64,000 nucleotides of DNA from Octopus vulgaris (Eukaryota), in contig OX597821.1 of NCBI GenBank assembly GCA_951406725.2, positions 89,776,001 through 89,840,000 of the forward strand. The letters run 5' to 3'. A model generated the notes under the pieces. The model saw only the letters and a list, made by a program, of their open reading frames with translations. It searched no databases and was not told the DNA's origin. The translations under genes and the position numbers were made by a program. Below, in pieces: positions 41,051-54,974 of the stretch (within the stretch, counting starts at the first letter, position 1; each line of letters begins with the position of its first letter).

Positions 41051-41197
41051 GTTCAGGTCACTGCTTGTAATCAAACTCGGAATCCTGGGGTTAGTAGCAC
41101 ATGCTCTTAACCACTATGCTATATGCCCCACGGGCATATGGCATAGTGGTTAATGTAAATAATGTACGTAACTCCCCATCTCTTAAATATAGAACTG
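40839..41197 (-). mobile_element. tRNA-headed SINE carrying a hammerhead motif (copy 2), 13-bp TSD
   Basis: TSD CAGTTGTGTAGTT at 40826-40838 and 41198-41210; inverted duplication of the head at 41107-41153. Confidence 0.85.
40894..40939 (-). ncRNA. Minimal type I hammerhead motif
   Basis: GACAC-CTGAAGA-A-GGCTGG agagtata TCAACC-GAAA-CGTT-GTGTT; ACGT palindromic stem III. Confidence 0.7.
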
Positions 41198-41409
41198 CAG
41201 TTGTGTAGTTGGTTAGAAGTTTGTATAGACGAGCATCTTGTTTACTGGATTTCTGAGGGTGTGAGTGACAAAGGAGTATTTGTTACTTGGTGCAGAAAGA
41301 ATATTGCAAAGGACTTCCTTTGAAGAATGCAGCTATTCTGAATTTTGCATCAATATTAATATTTTGCCTTCTTATAAAGTGGTGACAGTATATACACTAG
41401 CTTTTAAGT

Positions 41410-41820
41410 AGACCACGCTCATGTGGTGTTTTTTACGTGCCACTTGCACAGGAGCCAGTCCAGTGGCACTAGCAATGACCTCGCTCGAATGTTTTTCACA
41501 TGCCACTGGCACAACTGCCAGTAAGGTGATGCTGGTAACAATCATGTTTGAATGGTGCTTTTTATGTGCCACCAGCATAGAAGCCAGTCAGCTGCTCTGG
41601 CAGTGATCACATTCGGATGGTGCTCTTAGTGCTCCACTGGCATAGGTGCCAGTCATCGAATTTGTGAATTTGATTTGATTTTGATTTCGCTTGCCTCAGC
41701 AGGTCTTTACAAGCAAAGTATAGTGTCCAATGAAGGAAAGGTAAACATAAGTGAGCTGGTTACAACCCTGGCATAGGCCACAGGTTATGTACACACTTGG
41801 CTTGCCGGGTCTTCTCACGC
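41410..41820 (-). mobile_element. SINE family B tandem-unit and 5' region
   Basis: Homologous to 17580-17865. Confidence 0.75.
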
Positions 41821-41843
41821 AATACAAATAAGATCGTAGATAT

Positions 41844-41903
41844 TCTGGCATCAATTGATTTCACTTTCTGCGTTGAACCTACACTGAAAACTCATCAGCC
41901 AGA
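41844..41903 (-). ncRNA. Type I hammerhead motif, probably inactive (G at cleavage position)
   Basis: TCTGG-CTGATGA-GTTTTC...GAAAGT-GAAA-TCAATTGA-TG-CCAGA. Confidence 0.7.
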
Positions 41904-42206
41904 CATACTTCATAAACTATTTCAAAAAACATATTTACCTCTCCATGTGCATTGTTCAACTAAAGGCCTCCACAACTTTCAACAAACGTTAGTGAGCAAG
42001 AATAAATTTCAAAATTCAAATAAGTTATCATTATCAATAAAAATAATGATAAAGTAGCCAACAAACATTATTGAAATAAGCAAAATACATAATAATAAAA
42101 AGTTAGTCTCCATGCGTGCTTACATATAGTGAGAAATACATGGTTTTGGAGGGTTTTAACTCCTCTTTCAAGCAAACAGGTATTTATTGCACTCTGACTT
42201 TTTATC

Positions 42207-42247
<41 letters not shown>

Positions 42248-42251
42248 TATA

Positions 42252-43518
42252 CAGGGGTTGGACAAAAATAATGGAAATACCTTAACATTTCTAACAAATT
42301 TATCTTAATATGGGGTAGGACCACTTTTGGCAGTAATTACAGCTTGAATTCTATGAGGTATGAACTCGTACAAAGTTTGAATTGTTTCCAAAGGAACTTT
42401 TTTCCATTCTTCAATTAAAACAGTCTCCAGTTCTTGTAGTGATGATGGTGGAGGATATTGACTCCTTACTTGTTTTTCTAAAATGCACCATAAATATTCT
42501 TTAGTATTGAGATCTGGGGACTGTGGTGGCCAGATAAGATGTTCAACTTCACTAGAATGTTCCTTGTACCATTCAGTAACAACTTTAGCTATGTGAATTG
42601 GTGCATTATCATCCTGCAAGATTGTGTTTCCCTCCAGAAACAGTTCCACAACCATAGGATGAATTTGATCAGATAAAATGCTTAAATAGTCTTGACTATT
42701 AATTCTGCCATGAAAGGAAACCATTGGGCTGAGAGATTTCCAAGATATAGCCCCACCAGATCATCACAGATCCTCCTCCATGTTTAACAGTTGGAATAAG
42801 GCAGGCTGAGTCAAATGCTTCTTTTGGTTGTCTCCACACGTATACTCAACCAGTGGTTGGAATTAAGGTAAAAGATAATTTGTCTAAGAAAATAACATTC
42901 TTCTACTGCTCTAGGAACCAATTCTGTAGATTTTTACTCTACTCTAAATGCTTTGCAGCATTTATTTTTGAATGTTGTTATTTTCTGATTGCAGCCCTCC
43001 TGTGAAATCTGGCTTTGTGCAGCTCCCGGTAAACAGTTTTTGAGAAACTGGGTTCCCGAAGTGGTCATTAAGCTCGGCAGGGAGCTGTACTTTTGTGATC
43101 TTTTCTAATAATTCATGTAAGAATTCGACAGTCCCTATTTGAAAGTTTTGGTTTTCTACCAGAGTTTTCTTTTGATGAGGAGCTTTTTCCCTCTTTCTCA
43201 AAGGCTGTCATTATTTTCGAGACAGTACTTCTTGTTACACCAAACATTTCGGCTGTTTTTGTTATGCTAGCACCTACCATAGGAGCACCAACATTTTGAC
43301 CTCTTTGAAAGTCAGATAGCTCTTTCCTTTTAATCAATTTTAATTACATTTTTCTGATGATATCTGAAAAGAAACAGCAATTTTAGCAAAACATATTAAG
43401 CAACACTAATAATAAATAAAAAAAACATAACAATAAACAAACTTTCGACAGTTTTATAGCTACTTCAAAATTATGATGCAATGATGCTAGGTGTTTCCAT
43501 TATTTTGTCCAACCCCTG
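42252..43518 (-). mobile_element. Full-length Tc1-like transposon with frameshifted DD36E transposase
   Basis: TA-flanked ~29-bp TIRs CAGGGGTTGGACAAAATAATGGAAA; ORF pieces ELSDFQRGQ.., GRKPKLS, LQDDNAPIH...WPPQSPDLNTKE. Confidence 0.95.
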
Positions 43519-44709
43519 TATATATACATGATGAGGATGATATATCATAGTAATCTGCTTCATCATTTAACGTCCATTTTCCAGAATGCACTGAGTGCTC
43601 TTTTACATGGCACCATCACCAACGTTATTTATTTAGTCCTTATCATCTACGATGGAAAAATAAAAGGCACCTTAGGCAATGTATTTCATGCTATATTAAA
43701 TCTCAATAATACTAGAGATGTTCAAGCAGGTAAACCTCATGCTTAGACTTGTTGGATCATAGCTGGAATATCAAAAAATTCATTAGCCAGAAATCTCTAT
43801 GAAGGACTCTATACACTCAAGTGACTTGCTAGAAATATTAACCAAATCTCTTTCAAATTGTATTTTGCCACATTGAAAAAATAAACTAAGCAAAGGTAAC
43901 ATTTGTTAGTGTAGACCTATATCCTCCATGTAAAAAAGAACAAAGGAGAGGGTCATGGTCAGAATGCCTGTGATTATAGATAGTTCTGTTCAGTCTCAGG
44001 GCCGACCTGGAGCTAAATAATGCCAATAACTTTGGTTAAGAGAGTTATATAATTGTAGACCAGCAGGAAATAAAGAAGTATGAACTACCTCAAGATATAT
44101 GACATGAAAAGGTGACTAAAAGACATTACAGAACACAAAGTCTATTGTGAATGAAGAACTACATTCGAAAATTAGGAAATTATGAAAGCCATAAAATATA
44201 GCAATTACAGACAGTCTCATATATTACGTTACTCTATGGCTTCTCTTAATAGAACCGAAGTTTACATAACTTACATAATACCCACATACACAAGTACACA
44301 CATGCACACACATATGTACACATGCAGCTAACACAGGCCACATGCTAAAAGCTGCACACTCACATACATACATATGCATGCAACTTACACAAGCCACATG
44401 TTAAAAGGTGCACACATACATACATAAACTCACACATTTTAACCAGTCTAAGTTTTCAAAACTTCAATTTTACTTTTTCTTGTTTTTCTAATTAGTACTA
44501 ATGCATAGCAAACTATATACAAATAGTGTATAGCATATAGACTATACATATGCGTAGAACACAATCTATGCTACACTTTTCATAGTGCACAGTATATAGC
44601 ACATTTCACATAATGAATAATACTTGGTGCGAGTTAGATACTATGCAGTACAAGGTATTGAGTACGCTGTTCATAGTGTATGATAAATACTAGACAGTAC
44701 TAATTGCAG

Positions 44710-44845
44710 GGTTGTTTACTAACCACATGGTTCTGGGTCCAGTCCTACTGCGTGGATCCTTGGGCAAGTGTCTTCTGCTATAGCCTTGGGCTTATCAAAG
44801 CCTTGTGAGTGGATTTGGTAGATGGAGACTGAAAGAAGCCCGTCG

Positions 44846-44888
<43 letters not shown>

Positions 44889-45105
44889 ATGTGCGTGTGT
44901 GTGTGTCTGTGTCTATTCCCCACCATCACTTGACAACTGATGGTGGTGTGTCTATGTCCCAGTAATGCAGCGGTTCAGCAAAAGAGACTGATAGAATAAG
45001 TACTAGGCTTATAAAGAATAAGTCCTGGAGTCGATTTGTTCGACTAAAGGCAGTGCTCCAGCATGGCTGTAGTCAAATGACTGAAACAGATAAAAGAATA
45101 AAAGA
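44710..45105 (+). mobile_element. SINE family A copy
   Basis: Colinear with the consensus. Confidence 0.85.
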
Positions 45106-45454
45106 ACGATATAGTATTGAGTAGATGACCTGCAATGCATGGGTACATATCTGTTAGTGTATTGTATATAGTATATGCTAAATGATGAGATGTTTTCTTT
45201 GGGTAGAAATGAAAGGTTAGTGCCCACCCAGGTGGATACTATATATATAAATTATCTATTCTTTTGTTCTTTTATTCTTTTACTTGTTTCAGACATCTGA
45301 CTGCGGCTATGCACACACACACACACACATGCACACACACATATACATATATAGATATTTATATAAATAAGGATAAGATCATTATTTAAAATACCGATCA
45401 TATCAAGTGGCTAGCATGGGAAATAAAAACCTCATAGGTAATAATTATCATTAG

Positions 45455-45754
45455 AATTATAATTAAGGGTATCTAAAAGATACCATCATGCTAGATATAG
45501 TAGTCAAAACTTGACTCTAAAACCACATCAAATATTCATACAGCACCAGGAGAGAAAACAATGAGACAAAATAAACTAGCAAAAAATTTTTGGATAATTC
45601 TAGATCCCGGATTTCTGGGTTTGCATAAGAAATGCTTTGTCTCATCAGTGTCTTCTATCCTGGTGCTGTATGAATATTTGATGTGGTTTTAGAGTCAAGT
45701 TTTGACTGCTATATCTAGCATGATGGTGTCTTTTAGAAACCCTTAATTATAATT
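45455..45754. repeat. Long inverted repeat (about 115-bp arms, about 65-bp spacer) within (TA)n
   Basis: AATTATAATTAAGGGT...TGAGACAAA / TTTGTCTCA...ACCCTTAATTATAATT. Confidence 0.95.
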
Positions 45755-45755
45755 T

Positions 45756-45809
<54 letters not shown>

Positions 45810-45811
45810 GG

Positions 45812-46254
<443 letters not shown>

Positions 46255-46313
46255 GGCATTATAGATCGTTAGCCACTACACACATTTTTTACTCTCTTTG
46301 TTTTTTCTGTGTC

Positions 46314-46351
46314 CCTTTCTGTAGAAGAGCGTAGGCTCGAAATGTAAAAGA
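46314..46351 (+). ncRNA. Variant-core hammerhead-like motif in a 190-bp (TA)n-flanked module (46251-46441)
   Basis: CTTT-CTGTAGA-A-GAGC gtag GCTC-GAAA-TGTA-AAAG; same family as 10475-10685. Confidence 0.55.
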
Positions 46352-46456
46352 CTTTTTCTATTCCTGAGCGTTATACTAATACATCTGTTTGTCTTGTACA
46401 CCACCTGTCTTCGTCTTTTGTTTTTTTCGTAAACTCTCCCCATATATATATGTATG

Positions 46457-46493
<37 letters not shown>

Positions 46494-46948
46494 GACGGGC
46501 TTCTTTCAGTTTCTGTCAACCGAATCCACTCAAAAGCCCAGTGGAAGGCACTTACCCAAGGTACCACATAGTGAGACTGAACCCAGAATCATATGGTTAG
46601 GAAGTAAGTTTCTTACTATGCAGCCACACCTACACCTATTTGTTTAAAATTTTGGTACAAGGCCAGCAATTCGTGGGAAGGGTTAAGTTGATTACCCCAG
46701 TGCTCAACTGAAATGAATCGTTTTATTGAAGGAAACCTTGCACTACCCATTTCCAAAACAACTTTATGGTAGTGTGTTCTACGCCCTAACAAACTGGCCA
46801 TTACACTCATGAAAAAGGCATAGTAAATAACATGACCAGGTCACAGTTTGTGCAATGGAACATTTGTCACCAAACAAATGCTTAAATGAAATTAAGTCTT
46901 TGTGCGTAATTGAATGGCTAATGTTTCAACATCATCACCACCACCACC

Positions 46949-46982
<34 letters not shown>

Positions 46983-48046
46983 TCATTGTCATCGTCGTCA
47001 TCATCGTCATCATCATCATCATCATCATCATCATTCTCAGCAGCAGCAGCAGTAGTCTGTTTTCCATGCTGGCATAGGTTGGATGGCCTGCACCAGGATA
47101 CCTCGTCTGCATTGGTACGAATTTTACGGCTGGATGCCTTTCCTAACGTTAACCACTTTACAGAGTGTATTAGGTGCTTTTCATATGGCTCCAGCCCCAG
47201 CAGGGTCGCCAAGTACTTGCAAGACTGGGAGAGGAAGTGGTACTGGGGGAGGTGGCTTTTAGTTGGACTCTGCTGGTTAAAATATTACAGAGGAATAGAG
47301 ATAGGATTGCCACTATCTGAATAGGAAAAGGAAAGACAAAAAAGTGAGATAGAATTAGAAAGAAAGAGAGATAGAGAGATAGATAGACTGACAGAGTGAG
47401 GGAGAAAGAAATAGAAGGTGTAGAAATGTATTAGAACATACCCACAAGGTACAGAGGGGGATGAATATAAGAAGCACAGAGGGAATAGCCAGGAAGGTGT
47501 TACATATGAGTGTGAGGGAAGATGTTTAGAGATGGGGAAGAGAAGACTGTAACAAGTGATGGTGTGAGAAATTGAAGTGGATGGTGGTAGGTGGCTATGG
47601 TAGATATGTGAAAGTATGAAGTGTGGGTAGGTGTATGCGGGAGAGTGGAGGGGTGAAAATGGGTGGATTAGAGGGTGTTGGGAAGATGGGTTGTTGGGCA
47701 AGTTTGATGGGAGATGAATTGTATGTGTTGTGGTGGTAGTGGTGGTGGTGGTGGTTGGGGGCGGGCATGGCCACAAAAGGACATACCTGTATGGTCTTGA
47801 TTTTAATTAGCTTGATGTGTCTTCTCAAGTGCAGCAAATCACCAGTTGTGTCAGTTCTTTGTCATCTCTACATAGTAATTGTACAATCTCACATCAAATT
47901 ATTTGCCTGGAAAGTGCACCTCTGAACCATAACACATATTACACAGCCATATACAACCTTATACAACTGACTGTAGAAAGTATATATTATACATCAAATA
48001 TCACAAGCGACTCACTCCACCACTACCCAGCATTTTGTACATATTA

Positions 48047-48286
48047 CAATCGCAGCCAAAAGTTTGGAACACTTTTTTAGAAATTAAAATTATACCCAAG
48101 TGCAATTCAATTCAAATATATACAACATAGAGATATACTTACCTAATAACTACTCCAATGGTCAGTTGGAGGTATTACTACCTAATAACCGATCCAATGG
48201 TCAGTTATATATTAGATATAACTTTGGGTATTTAATACATAAATTTTAATTTTCAGACCTATGTTCTAAACTTTTGGCCACGAATG
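48047..48286. mobile_element. Tc1/mariner-type MITE
   Basis: TA|CAATCGCAGCCAAAAGTTTGGAACA ... TGTTCTAAACTTTTGGCCACGAATG|TA, with an internal ~28-bp duplication. Confidence 0.8.
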
Positions 48287-48499
48287 TACGTATTTCACAA
48301 GAGCCATCATTATTTTTGCACCAACTTTATCATATTGGCATGGGTTGGGCCAAATTGCTTCAGTACATTTTGGCACTTGTTGGAGAGATTAGATAAAACC
48401 TTTGTTTCTTTCTTCAGTAGGCTTTAGGTGACATAGTTAAAGAAATAGCAATAATTACAGAAAATTCCCAGATGATTATTTATTCAGATTTTAAGATTA

Positions 48500-48901
48500 C
48501 AGGAGTGGCTTTGTGGTAAGTAGCTTGCTAACCAGCCACATTGTTCCGGGTTCAGTCCCACTGCGTGGCATCTTGGGCAAGTGTCTTCTGCTATAGCCCC
48601 GGGCCGACCAATGCCTTGTGAGTGGATTTGGTAGACGGAAACTGAAAGAAGCCTGTCGTATATATGTATATATATATATATAAGTGTGTGTGTATATGTT
48701 TGTGTGTCTGTGTTTGTCACCCTAGCATTGCTTGACAACCGATGCTGGTGTGTTTACGTCCCCGTCACTTAGCGGTTCGGCAAAAGAGACTGATAGAATA
48801 AGTACTGGGCTTACAAAAGAATAAGTCCCGGGGTCGATTTGCTCGACTAAAGGCGGTGCTCCAGCATGGCCGCAGTCAAATGACTGAAACAAGTAAAGAG
48901 T
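48500..48901 (+). mobile_element. SINE family A copy
   Basis: Colinear with the consensus. Confidence 0.9.
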
Positions 48902-50479
48902 ATAGGGTCATGTTTGGGATAAAACTGACTACTAATTTAAGCAGACTGGACAACTGCACAGAGCTTCATACGTTGGTATATTGTGGTAGCAATCAACAAA
49001 TTCCTTGTATCTCACTTTGCAACACTGGACTTGTGTGTTGAATTATAAACAGCAGTACACGGTAACAGGAAATATCAAGCCCTGGCCAAGTTCTCTTTCA
49101 CATACACCATTGTAATATATACAGAAACAGATTAAACAATGAAGGGTATATATATACAACATGCCCACACTATCACACTGCATCCCGTACAATTAATCAC
49201 TAGCCTATCTGGAACAATAGATATTGATTTGTGTATTGATCAAAGTCATTCAGCTAACTGTATATGTACTAAAGGTTTTTTATTTCTTTTGTTGTTTATC
49301 ATGGCTGACTTGGGCTACACAACATCAAAATAAGCTCAACAAAATCAGAAACTTGTGACAAAAGAAACTACAAAAGAAGATGTGTACAGAATTAGTAACA
49401 CAAAGTTACTTGAAAGTGATTTGCTTGCCATCACCCAAAACACCACCACCACCACCACCATCACCACCACCACATCATCATCATCATAATCACTATCCAA
49501 TCCCTCATTTCAATGAACCGTGCCAATCCCTCACAAACATACATACACTATACCAGCACACCCATCTACACCCAAATCCATTTCCTTAATGAAATTTGAT
49601 TAGTCAAGCAGAACTACCTAACTCAAAATTTATCTCAATTCCTTGTTGCAATCATTGTTGTTCTTGTTACTGCTTTTTGTAGTTATGTTCTATCTTTTTT
49701 TTTTATTTTTGTACACGTTAGTTGTTGTCGTTTATTTTTCTGCTGTTCTTGTTTCCATTATTACCTGTTTGTTCTCTTTGTTGTTGTTCTTGTTCTTGTT
49801 GCTATTGTTGTTGTGATTGTTGTTCTTATAGTTGTTGTTTTAATGGGTTTTAAAAGGATAAAGTTCTTTTAGCATTATCTAAAGCACAGCTAGAAATCAA
49901 TGGCATTTTCTCAGTGCCATAATCATGCTAAAGTTATATATATTTGCCTTGCCTTACCTCGTCTTCTTTTGCCTTCTGTTGTCTAGTCACACTATTGTTA
50001 TTTTTGCTCTTATTCCGTTGTCTCGATGTTGTAATTTTTGTTGTTCTGCTGTCGGTTCACTGTTGTTGTTGTTTGTAGTTGTTGTTCTTTTAGTTGTTGT
50101 AATAATGCATCAATAAGAAGAATCAGAAAGATATGAATGCAGCCAAGTAAAATTCATAGAAAATCTGAAAAAGTAATGAAAGAAATAACAGGACAGTAAA
50201 GAACAGCAAGAAAAGAAAGAAAATAAATAGAAAAAAAAAAGGAGTAGAAGGTAGAAAATGAAAGCAAGAAAATTACTGTCAAATATGAAAATATCAAACC
50301 AAGACAACAAACAAGCAATCACAGAAGCAATAAGATCAAAAGTGAAACAATAAGAAAAACATAAATGTTGTCTGAGAATATTTTATTGCTGCTGTGTGTG
50401 TGTGTCTGTCTCTATGAATGTGTACCTCAGTATATGTATGTGTGGGTATGTGTGCGGATAGTTGGGTGGATGCATGTGC

Positions 50480-50514
<35 letters not shown>

Positions 50515-50803
50515 TATATATATGCACACACACATACACATGTATTATATTATATACATATATATACATACGTATATACACAGATACACACAAATACACA
50601 CACACACACACACATACAGAGAAACAAAGAGAGAGGGTGAGAGAGGGAGCTATGCATATAAAGAGAGTGGCTGAGATAGATAGACAGCAAAATATATAGA
50701 GGGAAACGAGAAAGAGAGAGAAAGAGAGATGAAAAAGAGAAAGAAGCAGAAAAATTTGTGAGACATGATATAAAGGAAATATACATTTGTGTCTCTGAGT
50801 GTA

Positions 50804-50848
<45 letters not shown>

Positions 50849-52882
50849 CTATCTCCCTTCCTCTCTTTGTGTGTATGCATATATACTCACATGCATATAC
50901 ATACACATGCATACTCACACACTCACATGTAAACTCATGGGTTAAATCGTAATTAGGTGATGACTGAGTACTTTTCACCAAAAGTGATCAAGAAATATTC
51001 ATATAAATTTTGACTAATTTGCTGCTGTAATATAAGTCTACGAAACGAAAGAATAAGTAGAAAGTATTTAAAAAGAAATGTATAGGATCTCATCTTAAGG
51101 TAAGTCTTCTACAATAAAATGTGTTGTTTAGAGAATTACATCATTTAGTGCATTGTCATAGTCTGTTGTGACAAGTAGTGGTGGAGAGTTGAGTATAATA
51201 TTATTCAGAGTGGAGTATTGTGCTAGAAAAGATTTTTTCCTCAACAACATGAAGCTGACTTATAGTAAAAAAACTAACTTAAAGTGCTCAATATGGAGTT
51301 ATATTTCTAGTGGTATATACATATATACATGAATGGTGGGCATGCATTCCCATGCAGGAAAGAATATAGGAGAGTTGGTATAAGGAAAATGAAAATGCAC
51401 CCAAGTCTTAAAACGTGTATTTAAATTTTGTAGCAGTTTTATTAAAATACCGAACCGGTTTCAACTGCTCTTTGTTTTTCAATGGTAAATAAAAAAGGTT
51501 CAGCAGAGATGGAAGGTACAAGGGAAAATTAGGAAAAACATGTTTAAACGATTAAATGCTCATACAAAGTCTAATATTCAATAAGATTCAGAGATAGACA
51601 GTAATGCTTCAAGTTCTGAGTGGTTGTAAAATTTAGTGACGTCACTTGCTTTCTCCATCTATGTTCTAGACAAACATCAAGTTACCAAGGCCTTTGACAA
51701 AAACAAACAACGTAATCAGAAAATCAACTAACCAGAGCACTGGATATTTACTGGTAAAAAGTAGGTGATGAAAAAAGGTCGACAAACAAATAACGTCACC
51801 AGAAAATCAACCAACCAAAATACTGGAGTTCTGTCAAACCAAAATGTGACCAGAACGTTTGTAAAACAAGCAAGATCTTTCAGCAGTCAGCCAGTTAAAA
51901 TACTAGACGATACATGGACAAAAACAAGTGTCGTCATTCAATTTACATCCAATGAGAACTTGAGCATTTACCCCAAAAAATCTATACACAGGTAACTATT
52001 CATGTCACAATATTTACAGTGTTCACAGATCACAGGAGGCAGTTATGATGTTGATATTTTGATACCCATTGCAAATCATCATCATGTAGTTAACTCTTTC
52101 CCAGTATTCTAATGACTCACACTCCTCGATATTGGCTAACATTTTCCGAACTACAATTTTAATCTTTATGCTTTCCGGCACCAATACACTAAGCTGTTAC
52201 TAAAAAAATGGCATAAATTTAACCCATACTTCCTGAAAACATATTTCTGCACGAGATAGGTCATCAAGTATATGTACGCGTGCACATACACATATACATA
52301 TATATATATATATATATATACATACATACATAGGTACATAAATACACAAATAAGGAGTAAGGTGGGTTCTGCACAAACTTGCAAGGTTGATAAGAATTTT
52401 TGCGTGCAGGTTGTTCCGTTATAACATATTTTCTTTGCTAAAGTGCTAGCAGTCATTGTCGTAGTTACGGTATAAAACTCTTCTATGTCATGGAAAAATC
52501 GCCATTTCTATACTTTACTTGTTCAAGAAGGCACAAGGTAGGTGTACAGCTGGTGAGAGCAGTTGTACTCCTTTGGTATCCAAGGTGGTTGCGTCCTGCT
52601 TCCTGTTTCTGAATGCCAATTAATCATTCTCAATAGATTTCGTCATCATCATGTATACGTGTGAGAGCACACATAAACATACATATGTACATACGTATGT
52701 ATATACACAAATACACACATGCATAACTATATACAACACTAAAAGAATTATAGGATTGATTAATGCAATTGATATAAATTGATGAACAATCATGGGGCAA
52801 ATAGTTAAATACAGAAAGGTTTTGTCTCAGCCGGAATGTTGTACATCTTTTCCTACTAACACTAGTATATGAATGGTGGATG

Positions 52883-52914
<32 letters not shown>

Positions 52915-52916
<2 letters not shown>

Positions 52917-53070
52917 CCGGTGGCACGTAAAAGTACCCACTACACTCTCGGGGAGGTTGGCGTTAGGAAGGGCATCCAGCTGTAGAAACTCTGCAGCCAT
53001 CTGGTTCGCCAGACTTCAGTCAAATCGTCCAACCCATGCTAGCATGGAAAGCGGACGTTAAACGAAGATG
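52915..53070 (+). mobile_element. SINE family B fragment
   Basis: Body and tail. Confidence 0.8.
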
Positions 53071-53111
<41 letters not shown>

Positions 53112-53289
53112 CATTAATTGATCACTAGCTTGAAGATTTGCTGATTTGTGTTTTGTTATATCGTATTTTGCTTCATAGCTGAGAATTTGTGTGCTTTTCG
53201 GCAATGCTTCAGAAAAAAAAAATATCGTGTGTGTTTTTTTTATTTTTTCATCTTTGCTTAGAAACACTCTCTCTATACATAGATATAAG

Positions 53290-53522
53290 TAAGGAATATT
53301 GGAAAAGTAAATCAGGTCAAAGAAGGTACTTGTCTATTTCAAAATCATTAATCTCCCTTATTGTTTCAGCAAACTTAATAACCATAAGATGTGTAGGTAT
53401 TGTTATAAATGTAGAGTAATTATTGATTTCGTATCGGATATTCTAGTTAGGCCCTTATTAGGAATGTCCTTAAACCAATCTATCACTATAAAATCCTTAC
53501 TCCACAATGCTAAAATCAATGA
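53290..53522 (-). pseudogene. Penelope-like element reverse transcriptase fragment
   Basis: LWSKDFIVIDWFKDIPNKGLTR/IRYEINNYSTFIT...IKFAETIREINDFEID resembles the PLE pattern 'QW.NT..VI.WF..I.NK....FI.FDI..FYPSI'. Confidence 0.65.
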
Positions 53523-53526
53523 AGTA

Positions 53527-53598
<72 letters not shown>

Positions 53599-54071
53599 AG
53601 CTAGCTAAATATATTACACGTCTATCATATATCTTGTGTGTACAATTCGATTTCTACTGTATGAGCTAGAATTTCACGTAGACTATCATTATCCAGTCAA
53701 CTTCCAGTGTGGCGGTTAGTCTACCACTCTGCTTGGTTGTGTTACTTCTTATGATATACAGGGCAAGTATAGTGGAAAAATTACGATAAACCCCAGTATA
53801 AATCCTACATACGTGTCACTATTGTAGTTTATTTGGAACTCAACATTGGAAGATCCAAGTGCAATTTGATGCCTAACCGCAATAGATCACCAGGAGAGCA
53901 TTTCATTGCATTTTTTTACAGAGATCTAATAGCTATATTCAGTTTCATAGTGAGATAATTTATAAGTAAAATTTATGAGTTCCAAGTAACTGCAATGGTG
54001 AAACGTACGTAGGAACCCAATAGTTATACTGTTGTTTATCTTAATTTTTTACTATATATGATGGATGGAAT

Positions 54072-54450
54072 CACTCCGTCGGTTACGACGATAAGGGTTC
54101 CAGTTGATTCGAATCAACGGAACAGCCTGCTCGTGAAATTAACGTGTAAGTGGCTGAGCACTCCACAGACACGTGTACTCTTAACGTAGTTCTCGGGGAT
54201 ATTCAGCGTGACACAGAGAGTGACAAGGCCAGCCCTTTGAAATACAGGTGCAACAGAAACAGGAAGTAAAAGTGAGAGAAAGTTGTGGTGAAAGAGTACA
54301 GCAGGGATCACCACCATCTCCTGCTGGAGCCTCATGTAGCTTTAGGTGTTTTTCGCTCAATAAACACTCACAACGCCCGGTCTGGGAATCGAAACCGCGA
54401 TCCTATGACCGCGAGTCCGCTGCCCTAACCACTGGGCCATTGCGCCTCCA
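54072..54450 (-). mobile_element. SINE family C copy
   Basis: Colinear with 38351-38738. Confidence 0.9.
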
Positions 54451-54974
54451 CTACTATATATATGATAGATACTATGTGTCTGTGTGTGTGTGTGTGTGTG
54501 AACATTGTTCTGTAATGGATATAAGAATGAGATATATTTTATTAACTACAGGTATAGAATTAGAAAAAAACTGCACGAGATATTAGTTGTTATTGTTTGG
54601 AATGTAATAAGAAATCAGTATCAACTATAATTAAAATCTGTTTTGCATTACACAAGATAAACGTCCTACTCCCGATTTTCTCCCCTCCATGCACACGCAA
54701 GCATGTATCTGACTCATACACTGTTCACTTTCAGACATTTGTACATTACTGCATATGCTTTATACGCACTTTTGACAAGTTGTGGTGCACCTGAGCACTG
54801 TATACAATAATTTCATTATTTATATATTATTTAGAATATATTATAAAATTTTTTTCGGTGATACTGCTAAGTCATAGTATTTCACCACACCTCACATTAT
54901 AACATCTTCGAATGGAGCTGAATTAACGAGTACTGTTCCTACAATAATTTATAATTAAAGTAAGGATACAAGCG

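Noticed and set aside
45595-45660. Hammerhead on the minus strand (CTGATGA...GAAATCCGGGATC) in the palindrome spacer
   Set aside because: Core words are present but stem I and basal stem II do not pair convincingly.
51445-51510. Hammerhead-like CTGCTGA...GAAACCGGTT on the minus strand; similar weak cases at 14470-14535 and 56436-56476
   Set aside because: Core or stems are too degraded to call, although they may be older relics.
52380-52560. Possible second GIY-YIG remnant (FYTVTTT...KICYNGTT) on the minus strand
   Set aside because: Similarity is too weak to support without a profile search.
54370-54450. tRNA gene
   Set aside because: It is the tRNA-derived head of SINE C, with no proper acceptor stem and always fused to the same body; the same applies to the other SINE heads.
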